Assembly: GCA_043810695.1 (NCBI GenBank)
Contig: JBDRNV010000018.1
Span: 1-48,464 of the forward strand
Source: Nanobdellota archaeon
Lineage (GTDB): Archaea; Nanobdellota; Nanobdellia; Pacearchaeales; GW2011-AR1
Direction of reading: 5' to 3'
Length of the DNA: 48,464 nt
This document shows positions 17,938 through 26,425 of this stretch, piece by piece. A model generated the notes under the pieces. The model was not told the DNA's origin and ran no database searches. It worked only from the letters and a program-made list of their open reading frames with translations. Position 1 is the stretch's first letter. Each line of letters opens with the position of its first letter. Both the position numbers and the translations under genes were made by a program.

Positions 17938-19053
17938 ATGAGAAAAATAGATAGAAGAAAACTTAATTCTAATCTTTTTGTAGGAATTATCGCTGTTTTT
18001 ATTTTGATAGTTGTTATTATCTTTTTTTATCTAATTAATAATGAAGGTCCTAATCCAAATTTTACTTGCTCAACAGACCAGGATTGTATTTCTAATTCTG
18101 ATTTTGGTGAGGATTCTTATTGTTCAGAGGGAGAATGTTTGTTTTTAACAGGCTATTACAGATATAATAATAGTGATCGTGAAGGTCTTTTTAGTGATTT
18201 TTTTACAGGAGATTTTGTATCAGCTCAAGGAGGAAATGTTATTTATTATAATAATGGATGGGTTGGAATAGGTACAAATAATCCTAAACAAACATTAAAT
18301 GTTATGGGAAGTTTTAATGTTACAGGACAGGCATTTTTTCCAAATTCGATATGTTCAAGTGGACAAGTACTTTCAACAACAAGCACAGGATTACTTATTT
18401 GCAAGAGTGTTTCAGGAGTATCTGGAAGTGATATATCTGGAACAGGAATTCTAAACACAATAGCATTTTGGGATTCAGAAAAAACTTTGAGTTCAAATAG
18501 CAATCTTTATTGGGATAGTTTAACTAACAGTCTTGGTATTGGAACAGATTCACCTCGTGCTACTTTTATGGTTAATGCTCCTGCTCCAACTGTGATAGGA
18601 AGAGGTAGTGTTGGTGCTATTGCAGAAATATTTGATACCTCTGCAACAGGTTCAAATATTGTTTATGGAGGATTGGCATTTGGTTCTCTTCCTGGTTATG
18701 ATTACTCAATTGGAAAGAAAACAGTTAACAGCAATACTTACTTTCAAATTCGTCGTCAAGATGGAGTTGAATTTGTAACAATTGATTCTTCAGGGAATAT
18801 GGGGATAGGAACAAGCTATCCTGGTACAAAACTAGATCTTGAATCAGGAGCAATTGAATTAAACAATATGGCAGCTCCTTCTAATCCCTCTGCAAACACA
18901 GCTAGAATCTATGTAGAGAAAGCACAGTTTGATTGTTCTAGTAATCAAGTTAGAACAAAACTTCAAGTTAAACTTGCTGATGCCAATGGAGGAATTTCAA
19001 CAACTACTCTTGCACAATCGGCATGTGTAGTACCACCACCTGCATCTAATTAG
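17938..19053 (+). CDS. N-terminally anchored secreted protein with repeated GIGT..P motifs (fibre-like)
   Basis: 371 aa. TM helix LFVGIIAVFILIVVIIFFYLI. Three motifs: VGIGTNNPKQTLNV, LGIGTDSPRATFMV and MGIGTSYPGTKLDL. Confidence 0.6.
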   Translation: MRKIDRRKLNSNLFVGIIAVFILIVVIIFFYLINNEGPNPNFTCSTDQDCISNSDFGEDSYCSEGECLFLTGYYRYNNSDREGLFSDFFTGDFVSAQGGNVIYYNNGWVGIGTNNPKQTLNVMGSFNVTGQAFFPNSICSSGQVLSTTSTGLLICKSVSGVSGSDISGTGILNTIAFWDSEKTLSSNSNLYWDSLTNSLGIGTDSPRATFMVNAPAPTVIGRGSVGAIAEIFDTSATGSNIVYGGLAFGSLPGYDYSIGKKTVNSNTYFQIRRQDGVEFVTIDSSGNMGIGTSYPGTKLDLESGAIELNNMAAPSNPSANTARIYVEKAQFDCSSNQVRTKLQVKLADANGGISTTTLAQSACVVPPPASN

Positions 19054-19113
19054 TACTATTAAGTTTTATAAACACTTTTTTCTTAATTCTTTATAAGAGG
19101 TTATTTTTATAAA

Positions 19114-19977
19114 ATGGGAGTAATTAGAGGAAGTCTTCTTATTGTTGTTTCTGTTATTCTTTTTATAGTTGTTCTTTTAGGAAGTATTTTTTCTGTTTTA
19201 TCACTCTCTCTTGAATATGAAAATGTACAGAGTGAATTTGGTGGTGTTGTTAAAAATCTTACAGAAAATAAATTGCTTGTAGAAGGAGATTTTAATCTTA
19301 CAATAGAGATGGAAAGGGCAAGAGATTTTATGATAGAACACTGTCAAAACGAAAAATCATATGTTTTTGAATCAGGAGGATATACTTTTGATCTTCCTTG
19401 CAGTTTGCTAATAACTGGAACTCAAAGTACAGAAGAATTTATCGATGCTGGAATTGATAACATTATATATGATATTTATTATGATGATTATAATTGTAAT
19501 TTTTGGAATTGCTTCACAAAAACAAAACTTCCATTATTTTTAATTTCTGAAAAAGCAAAGAATTATTGGCAAGAAAAGTTTTATTTTTCTCTTATTATTT
19601 TTGCAATTCTTGCTGTTTTGGTTTTCTTATTAGTTGAACAAAAACAAAATACTTTTATAATAATCGGTGGTATTTTTGTAGTATCATCTCTTATTTTATT
19701 AAGACTTGAAAAACTCCCTGCATTTCTTATAGGAGAGTCTTATTCTCAATTTGTAGAGGTATTCTTTAGTAAAATACCAACTGTGTTCTTGATTTTACTT
19801 ATTTTAGGAATTGTTCTTGTTATAATAGGAATATCTTTAAGATTATTATTAGGAGATTTCCTAAAGAAAAAATTCTCAAAAAAAGATGTTAAAGAGATAG
19901 TTAAAGAAGAAGTAAATAAAGAAAAATCACAGAGCAAAAAAACAGAGGAAAAGAAGAAGGTAAAGAAAAAGAAGTAA
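19114..19977 (+). CDS. Polytopic membrane protein, unknown function
   Basis: 287 aa. N-terminal TM, a soluble loop with several Cys, at least three C-terminal TM helices and a K-rich tail. Confidence 0.55.
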   Translation: MGVIRGSLLIVVSVILFIVVLLGSIFSVLSLSLEYENVQSEFGGVVKNLTENKLLVEGDFNLTIEMERARDFMIEHCQNEKSYVFESGGYTFDLPCSLLITGTQSTEEFIDAGIDNIIYDIYYDDYNCNFWNCFTKTKLPLFLISEKAKNYWQEKFYFSLIIFAILAVLVFLLVEQKQNTFIIIGGIFVVSSLILLRLEKLPAFLIGESYSQFVEVFFSKIPTVFLILLILGIVLVIIGISLRLLLGDFLKKKFSKKDVKEIVKEEVNKEKSQSKKTEEKKKVKKKK

Positions 19978-21978
19978 CTACCTCTCTCCTTTATTTCTCT
20001 CTAAAAATTTATTTATGAATCTCTTATGTTCTTCGTTATCCATTCTAACATCTTTTATATAATATATATTCATCTTATCTTTTGTACTTTTTATTGTTTT
20101 TATATTGGCTCTTAAGAGATCATTTATTCTTTCATCCAATAGGATTTCTTCATCTGCAAGAGAGGATACTTTTTTGGCAGAAGATATAAGATTTCCAAGA
20201 CTCATAAATTTGAATGAATTTATGTCTTGTTTAGCAATTATTGTTCCGGAAGTAAGCGAAATCCCAAAAATTATTTTTTGTTTGAACATTTTATTATGAT
20301 GCGAAAGTATTTCTTTTATTTTTAATGCAATATCAAGAGCTGTTTTTTCATTTTTGAACGTTTTTGTTTTTATTGGTGCGATTATGAAGAAAAGAACATT
20401 GTAGTTCTCATAAGTTACTGCTTTATTTTCTTCTGCTAGACTTATTATTTTTTGAATTGTTTCTTCTGCATTGCTTTTCTTTGATTGAATTTCTGTAAGA
20501 TTTTTTATGTTAACTCCAACAACACTTACCTCTTGTTTATCTCCTTTCAAAGAAAGTGAGAGCTCTGCTTTATTTCCTGTACGAACAACAGCTCCTTCTT
20601 TAATTGGAAGAAACTTATCATCAACACGCGCTTTAGGACTTCCAGATTTGATATATGCTATAAAACTTTTTTGATAGCCTCTTTTAAATACAATAAAAGT
20701 AATAAAGCCTAATATTAAAAGAATAAAAATCCATACAAACGGCTGTTTTACAATGCTGCCTATTTTTCCAGGAGTAGCCTTTACATCTATTGTCTTTCCT
20801 GTCAGTGCAACTTTTTCTGAAATAGATTCTTCTCCGCTTATAACTTCTACATTATACTCTCCATCTGGTGCTGTTAAAATATATTTCTGGCTTTCTCCAA
20901 CTTCAAGATATACATCAATATTTAATAGAGTATCGCCTATTTTAACAACAGCTGTTTTATTGTAGAGTATATTTCCAATATTTGTAATTATAAGTGTTTT
21001 ATTTGCAATCTGAATTTCTATATATTCTTTTTCAAGTATTGTAAATGATGATTCAGCTGTAAGTTCTTCAGAATAAGCTGTTATCTGCCATATAGATGGA
21101 AATTCATTTTTTGCAATAGGAAATTCAAAAAATTCATCTGTTGCTATGTTTATTTCACTAACTGTTTTATTACTTTGATTTTTTATTGTTAAAGAAGAAG
21201 ATGAAAATATTTTCTCTCCTGTTTGATCATGCAGAACAGATTTAACTTTAAGATTTGTACCTGGTTCTACATCTCGAGTTTCAAAGACTATTTCAAGGCT
21301 TGTGGGTATTTGAATTATTCTTATGTTTTTATTTAAAAAACCATTATTTGTTATCCTATCTTGCTCATCTTTTTCATACGCATTTAATTTTATAAGATAA
21401 TCTCCTGCTTTCATTTTTTCTGGAAAAGCTAAATTAATTGAGAAAAAACCATTATTTACAGATTGAGTTTTGCTTAAAATAATTGCGTCATTTTCAATAA
21501 CAGATAGTTCTATAAAACCATTAGCTAACTTACCATTTTCTTTTGTTACTTCTCCGCTAATTGAAACAATTTCTCCAGGAGAAAACTCTGTTTTTTCAAA
21601 ATAGGAATTTATGATTATCACATCTGAAATTTTAAATGAAGTTGTCAGCACAGAATCAGAATTTAAAAAAGCTTTTATTTCACATGATCCACTTAATTCT
21701 CCTATAATGTTCTCTGTAAGTAAAAGAGAAGATTCAAATGTTTTTTCTTCTCCCGCAAAAATGTAAAAAGAATTCTTGTAGAAATTTATTTCATTATCCC
21801 CGCAAATAATATCCATATTAAAAAATCCAGCGACATTTGTTGTTGTTCTTACTGTTATAGGGACTGAAATTACATCACCAAAATTATAAATACTATCTGG
21901 TTGCTGGTTGATTGTTATTTCTGCAGATATTAAAGGAAATAGAAGAAAAAAGATTAATACCACCACTATTTTTTTCAT
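19978..21978 (-). CDS. Large single-pass surface protein with cytoplasmic C-terminal domain
   Basis: 666 aa. Signal peptide MKKIVVVLIFFLLFPLISA, ~400-aa beta-rich ectodomain, TM helix PFVWIFILLILGFITFIVF and ~230-aa C-terminal domain with faint class III cyclase-like spacing (see findings). Confidence 0.6.
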   Translation of the reverse strand: MKKIVVVLIFFLLFPLISAEITINQQPDSIYNFGDVISVPITVRTTTNVAGFFNMDIICGDNEINFYKNSFYIFAGEEKTFESSLLLTENIIGELSGSCEIKAFLNSDSVLTTSFKISDVIIINSYFEKTEFSPGEIVSISGEVTKENGKLANGFIELSVIENDAIILSKTQSVNNGFFSINLAFPEKMKAGDYLIKLNAYEKDEQDRITNNGFLNKNIRIIQIPTSLEIVFETRDVEPGTNLKVKSVLHDQTGEKIFSSSSLTIKNQSNKTVSEINIATDEFFEFPIAKNEFPSIWQITAYSEELTAESSFTILEKEYIEIQIANKTLIITNIGNILYNKTAVVKIGDTLLNIDVYLEVGESQKYILTAPDGEYNVEVISGEESISEKVALTGKTIDVKATPGKIGSIVKQPFVWIFILLILGFITFIVFKRGYQKSFIAYIKSGSPKARVDDKFLPIKEGAVVRTGNKAELSLSLKGDKQEVSVVGVNIKNLTEIQSKKSNAEETIQKIISLAEENKAVTYENYNVLFFIIAPIKTKTFKNEKTALDIALKIKEILSHHNKMFKQKIIFGISLTSGTIIAKQDINSFKFMSLGNLISSAKKVSSLADEEILLDERINDLLRANIKTIKSTKDKMNIYYIKDVRMDNEEHKRFINKFLERNKGER

Positions 21979-22064
21979 AAAACTTAAAGTTAAATATTCT
22001 TTATAAATATTTATATGAATATACTATGAGATAATTTTAAAAGAGAGATTGATTTAAATATATA

Positions 22065-23180
22065 ATGGATAAAAAAATGAGGGTAACTCCATGGGAAGTT
22101 TCTGGAGAAATAGATTATAACAGACTTGCAAGAGAATTTGGAATAAATACCCTTTCAACTCTTCCTGAAGTTTTTAATAAGAATGTTTTATTTAGAAGGA
22201 AAGTTGTTTTTGCCCATCGTGATTTTGGAAGGATTCTTGAGGCTATAAAAAACAAAAAACCATTTGTAATGATGACAGGGCTTATGCCTTCTGGAAAATT
22301 TCATTTAGGACATATGATTCTTGTTCAGCAGATGATATTTTACCAGAAACTAGGAGCTAAACTTTATATTGCAGTTGCAGATTTAGAGGCATATAATTCC
22401 CGGGGAAAAAGCCTTGAAGAATTGAAAAAAATTGCTATTGACGAATATCTTGTTAATTACGTCGCCTTAGGATTAAAACCAGAGAATTGTGATTTTTATT
22501 TTCAGAGTGAGCGTTCTTCAGATACAAGAAAATCAAATGCCTATTACCGGCTTGCTTCTAACTTCTCAAGATATCTAACATTTAATGAATTCAAAGCAGT
22601 TTATGGAGAAATTTCTCCTGGTAAAATGAATGCTTCTCTTTTGCAAGCTGCAGATATGTTTCATGCTCAACTACCTGAATTTGAAGGGACTATTCCCGTT
22701 GTTGTTCCTGTTGGTGTTGATCAAGATCCTCATTTGAGAATTGCTAGAGATATTGGTGGTAGATACAAGGACCACAAGTTTATACAGCTTAGTTCAACAT
22801 ATCATTTGTTTATGCCGGGGTTGAAAGGTGGAAAAATGTCAAGTAGCGATGAGAATTCATATATTGCAATGACAGACTCTCTTAAAGAAGTTGAGCAGAA
22901 AATAAGGAAATACGCCTTTTCAGGAGGACAGGACACTGTTGATGAACACAGAAAAAAAGGAGGAAATCCAAATGTTGATGTTTCATTTCAGTATCTGAAG
23001 ATGTTTTTTGAGCCAGATGATACAAAGCTAAAAAAAATCGAGGAAGATTATAGAAGTGGAAAGCTTCTTACAAGTGAGCTCAAGGAATATCTAATAAAAA
23101 AAATAAATGCTTTTCTGAGCGAACATCAGAAAAAAAGAGAAAGGGCTAAAAAGGAGATTAATAGATTTTTGTATAAATAA
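22065..23180 (+). CDS. trpS: Tryptophan--tRNA ligase (archaeal/eukaryal type)
   Basis: 371 aa. VTPWEVSGEIDYNRLAREFG N-terminus, HIGH-like PSGKFHLGH and KMSKS-like KMSSS. Confidence 0.88.
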   Translation: MDKKMRVTPWEVSGEIDYNRLAREFGINTLSTLPEVFNKNVLFRRKVVFAHRDFGRILEAIKNKKPFVMMTGLMPSGKFHLGHMILVQQMIFYQKLGAKLYIAVADLEAYNSRGKSLEELKKIAIDEYLVNYVALGLKPENCDFYFQSERSSDTRKSNAYYRLASNFSRYLTFNEFKAVYGEISPGKMNASLLQAADMFHAQLPEFEGTIPVVVPVGVDQDPHLRIARDIGGRYKDHKFIQLSSTYHLFMPGLKGGKMSSSDENSYIAMTDSLKEVEQKIRKYAFSGGQDTVDEHRKKGGNPNVDVSFQYLKMFFEPDDTKLKKIEEDYRSGKLLTSELKEYLIKKINAFLSEHQKKRERAKKEINRFLYK

Positions 23181-23246
23181 ACATACAAAAATAAACAGTA
23201 ACATTTAAATACTTATAATCACTTCTTTGTAAGTGAAGGGACTTAC

Positions 23247-23456
23247 ATGAATCTTTTCATTACTAAACATGCTTTGGATCAGGCAAGAGAAAGGGGAATA
23301 AGTGTTAATGAGATTAAAGAAGCGATTCAGAAAGGAGCAAAATTTATTCAGGATGAAAAAGAAAAGAAGATAGTGTCTGATTATAGACATATGAGGATAG
23401 TGTTTAAAAAAATGGAAGATAAATATTATATAATAACTGTAATGATAAGAAAATAA
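23247..23456 (+). CDS. DUF4258-like putative toxin
   Basis: 69 aa. ITKHALDQARERGISVNEIKEAI...YYIITVM fits the DUF4258 pattern. Immediately followed by a zinc-finger antitoxin-like ORF. Confidence 0.55.
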   Translation: MNLFITKHALDQARERGISVNEIKEAIQKGAKFIQDEKEKKIVSDYRHMRIVFKKMEDKYYIITVMIRK

Positions 23457-23458
23457 AA

Positions 23459-23791
23459 ATGGCAAACAAATGTGTCTTGTGCGAAGGAAAACTGAATAAA
23501 AAGATAGTGGATTATAAGATATATGGGAAGAGTATTGGGAAATTTCTTGCTTTGGTCTGTGATTCCTGCGGAGAGCAATGGTTTGATGAAGAAACCTCAA
23601 AAAAAATTCAGGAAAAAGAGAAAAAACTTAAGCTTTTTGGTTTATCAAGAGAAACGAAGATAAGCTATTCTGGGAATTCTCTTATAATAAGAATCCCAAA
23701 GGAACTGGCGAAATTCATGAATTTAAAAAAAGAAACAGGAGTTATTATATACCCTGAAGATAAAAATAAATTATCAATTTCTATTAAGTGA
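23459..23791 (+). CDS. YgiT/MqsA-type zinc-finger plus AbrB-like putative antitoxin
   Basis: 110 aa. CVLCEG...CDSCGEQWFDEET zinc ribbon, then SLIIRIPKELAKFMNLKKETGVIIYPED (SpoVT/AbrB-like). Starts 3 nt after the upstream ORF. Confidence 0.55.
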   Translation: MANKCVLCEGKLNKKIVDYKIYGKSIGKFLALVCDSCGEQWFDEETSKKIQEKEKKLKLFGLSRETKISYSGNSLIIRIPKELAKFMNLKKETGVIIYPEDKNKLSISIK

Positions 23792-23839
23792 AAAGAAAGA
23801 CTAAGTAAAATTTATAAGTAGCGAAGTATTACGCCTTTT

Positions 23840-24523
23840 ATGTGGACTGTAAAATTTAAAGTTTTTGATGAAAATAATGTTTTAAACAAAATTTTAAGAA
23901 AAAACAAAGTTAAAATTTATTATTATCCGATTAATTATTATATTAAAGAAAATAGATATTATTTCATTGCTACTGGAATTATTCAAGGTAATAAAAAAAA
24001 TATAAGTAATTATTTCAAAGAATTAAAATCGTTAAAAAATGCAAAAGAAGGAAGAAGAGTAGATTTATTAGAAATTGAAGGTAATTTCTTTACTTTGATA
24101 TCTTCTCATACTATTAATACAGAAAATAGATTGTTTGTTAATGTAGCTTATAATCCTTCTTTAATACATTATAAACCTGTTGTTTGGCATGAAGATGGTT
24201 GGGAAGAGTTTAATGTTGCTTCTATGGAAAGAAAAGATATAGAAAAACTGGTTAAAATCGGTGAAACAAAATATAAACTTAAATTACTGGAATTTAAACA
24301 GAATAAAATAAAAAATTTAGGCTATTTGACCATACTTCCTGAATTAACAGATAAACAGAAAAAAGCAATTGAGTTAGCAATTAGAAGTGGCTATTATGAA
24401 TATCCAAGAAAAATTCACCTTGAAAAATTAGCAAAATTATCTAATCTAGCTCTTTCTACATACCAAGCTCATTTGAGAAAAGCTGAAAGAAAATTATTAC
24501 CCTATATCGTTTCTAAGTCTTAG
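23840..24523 (+). CDS. HTH_10 (Bat-type) DNA-binding regulator
   Basis: 227 aa. The C-terminal LTDKQKKAIELAIRSGYYEYPRKIHLEKLAKLSNLALSTYQAHLRKAERKLL is the archaeal HTH_10 signature. Confidence 0.7.
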   Translation: MWTVKFKVFDENNVLNKILRKNKVKIYYYPINYYIKENRYYFIATGIIQGNKKNISNYFKELKSLKNAKEGRRVDLLEIEGNFFTLISSHTINTENRLFVNVAYNPSLIHYKPVVWHEDGWEEFNVASMERKDIEKLVKIGETKYKLKLLEFKQNKIKNLGYLTILPELTDKQKKAIELAIRSGYYEYPRKIHLEKLAKLSNLALSTYQAHLRKAERKLLPYIVSKS

Positions 24524-24578
24524 ACACGAAATATTTCGCTATAAATATTAAATACTTCTATTTTGCAATAAAAATAAA

Positions 24579-24986
24579 ATGGTACAATATTATACTAGAA
24601 AACAACGAGAAATACACGATGCGCGACAAAAAGAACTCAAAGCGCTGCAAGAAAAGAAGCTAGATAAAACTGTTCATGCATTGGAAGACTTGTTAGAATC
24701 AACTGAAACAAAGGATATTATTAAATCTTTATTTATTGCACGGACGGAAGAAGTTAGTAGTGATCATTGTAAAATTTTTCTAACTTCTAAAGGATTACTA
24801 GAAAAAGGTTATTGTGCAGGTCATGATACTTCAAATATATCTGATGAACATTATACAGAATATTGTGGTATGTATAAATACCAAAAACGAATTATGAAAA
24901 AAGATTACGGGAAAATTGTAAAAAAATATAAATTAACTACAAAAAAGATTACAGAAAAATATGCTAAAATAAGGGAGAAAAATTAG
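24579..24986 (+). CDS. Hypothetical protein
   Basis: 135-aa ORF, first of four tightly packed unknown ORFs. No family recognised. Confidence 0.45.
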   Translation: MVQYYTRKQREIHDARQKELKALQEKKLDKTVHALEDLLESTETKDIIKSLFIARTEEVSSDHCKIFLTSKGLLEKGYCAGHDTSNISDEHYTEYCGMYKYQKRIMKKDYGKIVKKYKLTTKKITEKYAKIREKN

Positions 24987-24987
24987 A

Positions 24988-25437
24988 ATGTTAGAAAAAA
25001 TAGTTAAAAAAGCAATCAAGAATAAGAAATTACTTAGATTCATCGATATTAATTTTTTAGATTTGAAGTTAGATCGTGATGATCCAAATTATTCCTTTGG
25101 ATATGGTTTATTTGGACAACTATTAAAAAGAGGTTTTGGTGGAGATTTTGGAAGTGGTCCTTATGCAGAGAGATTAGCTGCAGATTTGGCCAAAGAAAAA
25201 GGAATATCTCGTGAAGAAGTTGCGACAAGATATGGAATGCATCCTTACGGACTTAGACACGGATTAATTTTGGCAGTTATTTTCACCGCAGCCTTATCGG
25301 TTACGTTAGATCAATGTGGGTACATGCCTCATGAACCTATGTGCCAAAAAGAAATGGATCCAACAACAACCCACTTTTATAGAACTAATTTTGACTATAA
25401 GGATATGATACAAAGAATTACAGAAAATCAAGAGTAA
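24988..25437 (+). CDS. Hypothetical protein with one hydrophobic helix
   Basis: 149 aa. Starts 1 nt after the preceding stop. G-rich segment RGFGGDFGSGPY and helix GLILAVIFTAALSV. Confidence 0.45.
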   Translation: MLEKIVKKAIKNKKLLRFIDINFLDLKLDRDDPNYSFGYGLFGQLLKRGFGGDFGSGPYAERLAADLAKEKGISREEVATRYGMHPYGLRHGLILAVIFTAALSVTLDQCGYMPHEPMCQKEMDPTTTHFYRTNFDYKDMIQRITENQE

Positions 25438-25446
25438 TTAAATAAA

Positions 25447-25881
25447 ATGGAAAATGATGAAGCATTATCATTAGAAGAAATAATACAATTAAGTAAAAAA
25501 AGTCTAAATTGGAATAGGTCAGAAGAACATGAAGAACATCGTCAAAAAGATATACTTGGAGATACATATGGATCTTCCACAACTAGAATAACATTTAAAA
25601 CGAAAATTGATAATATAGAAATTTCAATAGAGAAAGCTCGCAGTGATGTGACTTTTTATTTTATCTCTGCTAAAAGAGGAGAATTTGATTTAGGATGTTA
25701 TATGGATCATGATTTAATTGAAAAAATTGAAAAAAGATACAATGAACTTGAAAAACCCTATCAAGAAAAGCAAAAAAAGGAGAATCTGAAAAAAATAGCA
25801 AAAGAATTAGAAATAGAAAAAAAGAAAAAAGAAGAATTAAAAAAACATATTGGTTATGCAAGACAAATTCTAAAAAATTAA
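25447..25881 (+). CDS. Hypothetical protein with K/E-rich coiled-coil tail
   Basis: 144-aa ORF. No family recognised. Confidence 0.45.
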   Translation: MENDEALSLEEIIQLSKKSLNWNRSEEHEEHRQKDILGDTYGSSTTRITFKTKIDNIEISIEKARSDVTFYFISAKRGEFDLGCYMDHDLIEKIEKRYNELEKPYQEKQKKENLKKIAKELEIEKKKKEELKKHIGYARQILKN

Positions 25882-25904
25882 TTAAATATATTAAAAAATG
25901 TAAA

Positions 25905-26372
25905 ATGAATACAGCAAATTTTATTGGAAGCATTAAGAATAAAGAAAAATTAGAAGATTTCATAAAAAATGTGGATATTGTTGAAAATAAAGGAATATAT
26001 AAGAAAATAAAAAATTGTGCATTTATAAGAGGTTATATAGGTCCATCTATTTTTCCTACGGCTACCTCTTTAACTTTTTTTTCGATGGGATATTTTTGGG
26101 ATCCTCTTTCTACACACAATATTTTTGATTCTGAAAGAATATTTACTGAAAAAATTGTTGATGGACTTAAGTATACATTATTAGGTAATTTTTTTACTTA
26201 CACTTTAACTCTTGGTGGAATTCTTCTGTATAGTGATATTGCAAATACTAAACATTATAGGGAGTTTTATAAAATAATGAAAAAAATATTAAAAAATGAA
26301 TATATAAATCCAAAACTAAAAAGAAGTTTTATTAAAGCTAATAACACCTATTCCGGCTATTTTGGAGGTTAA
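25905..26372 (+). CDS. Hypothetical membrane protein
   Basis: 155 aa with two hydrophobic segments (PSIFPTATSLTFFSMGYFW and LLGNFFTYTLTLGGILLY). Confidence 0.45.
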   Translation: MNTANFIGSIKNKEKLEDFIKNVDIVENKGIYKKIKNCAFIRGYIGPSIFPTATSLTFFSMGYFWDPLSTHNIFDSERIFTEKIVDGLKYTLLGNFFTYTLTLGGILLYSDIANTKHYREFYKIMKKILKNEYINPKLKRSFIKANNTYSGYFGG

Positions 26373-26425
26373 ATTCTAAAAAATTAATTAATTAATTTTT
26401 TAAACTGACTTTACCTTACTCTTTT

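Noticed and set aside
23205-23600. 131-aa minus-strand ORF
   Set aside because: It is antisense to the DUF4258-like/zinc-finger TA pair, which has recognisable motifs. Its translation is F/Y/H/I-rich low complexity.
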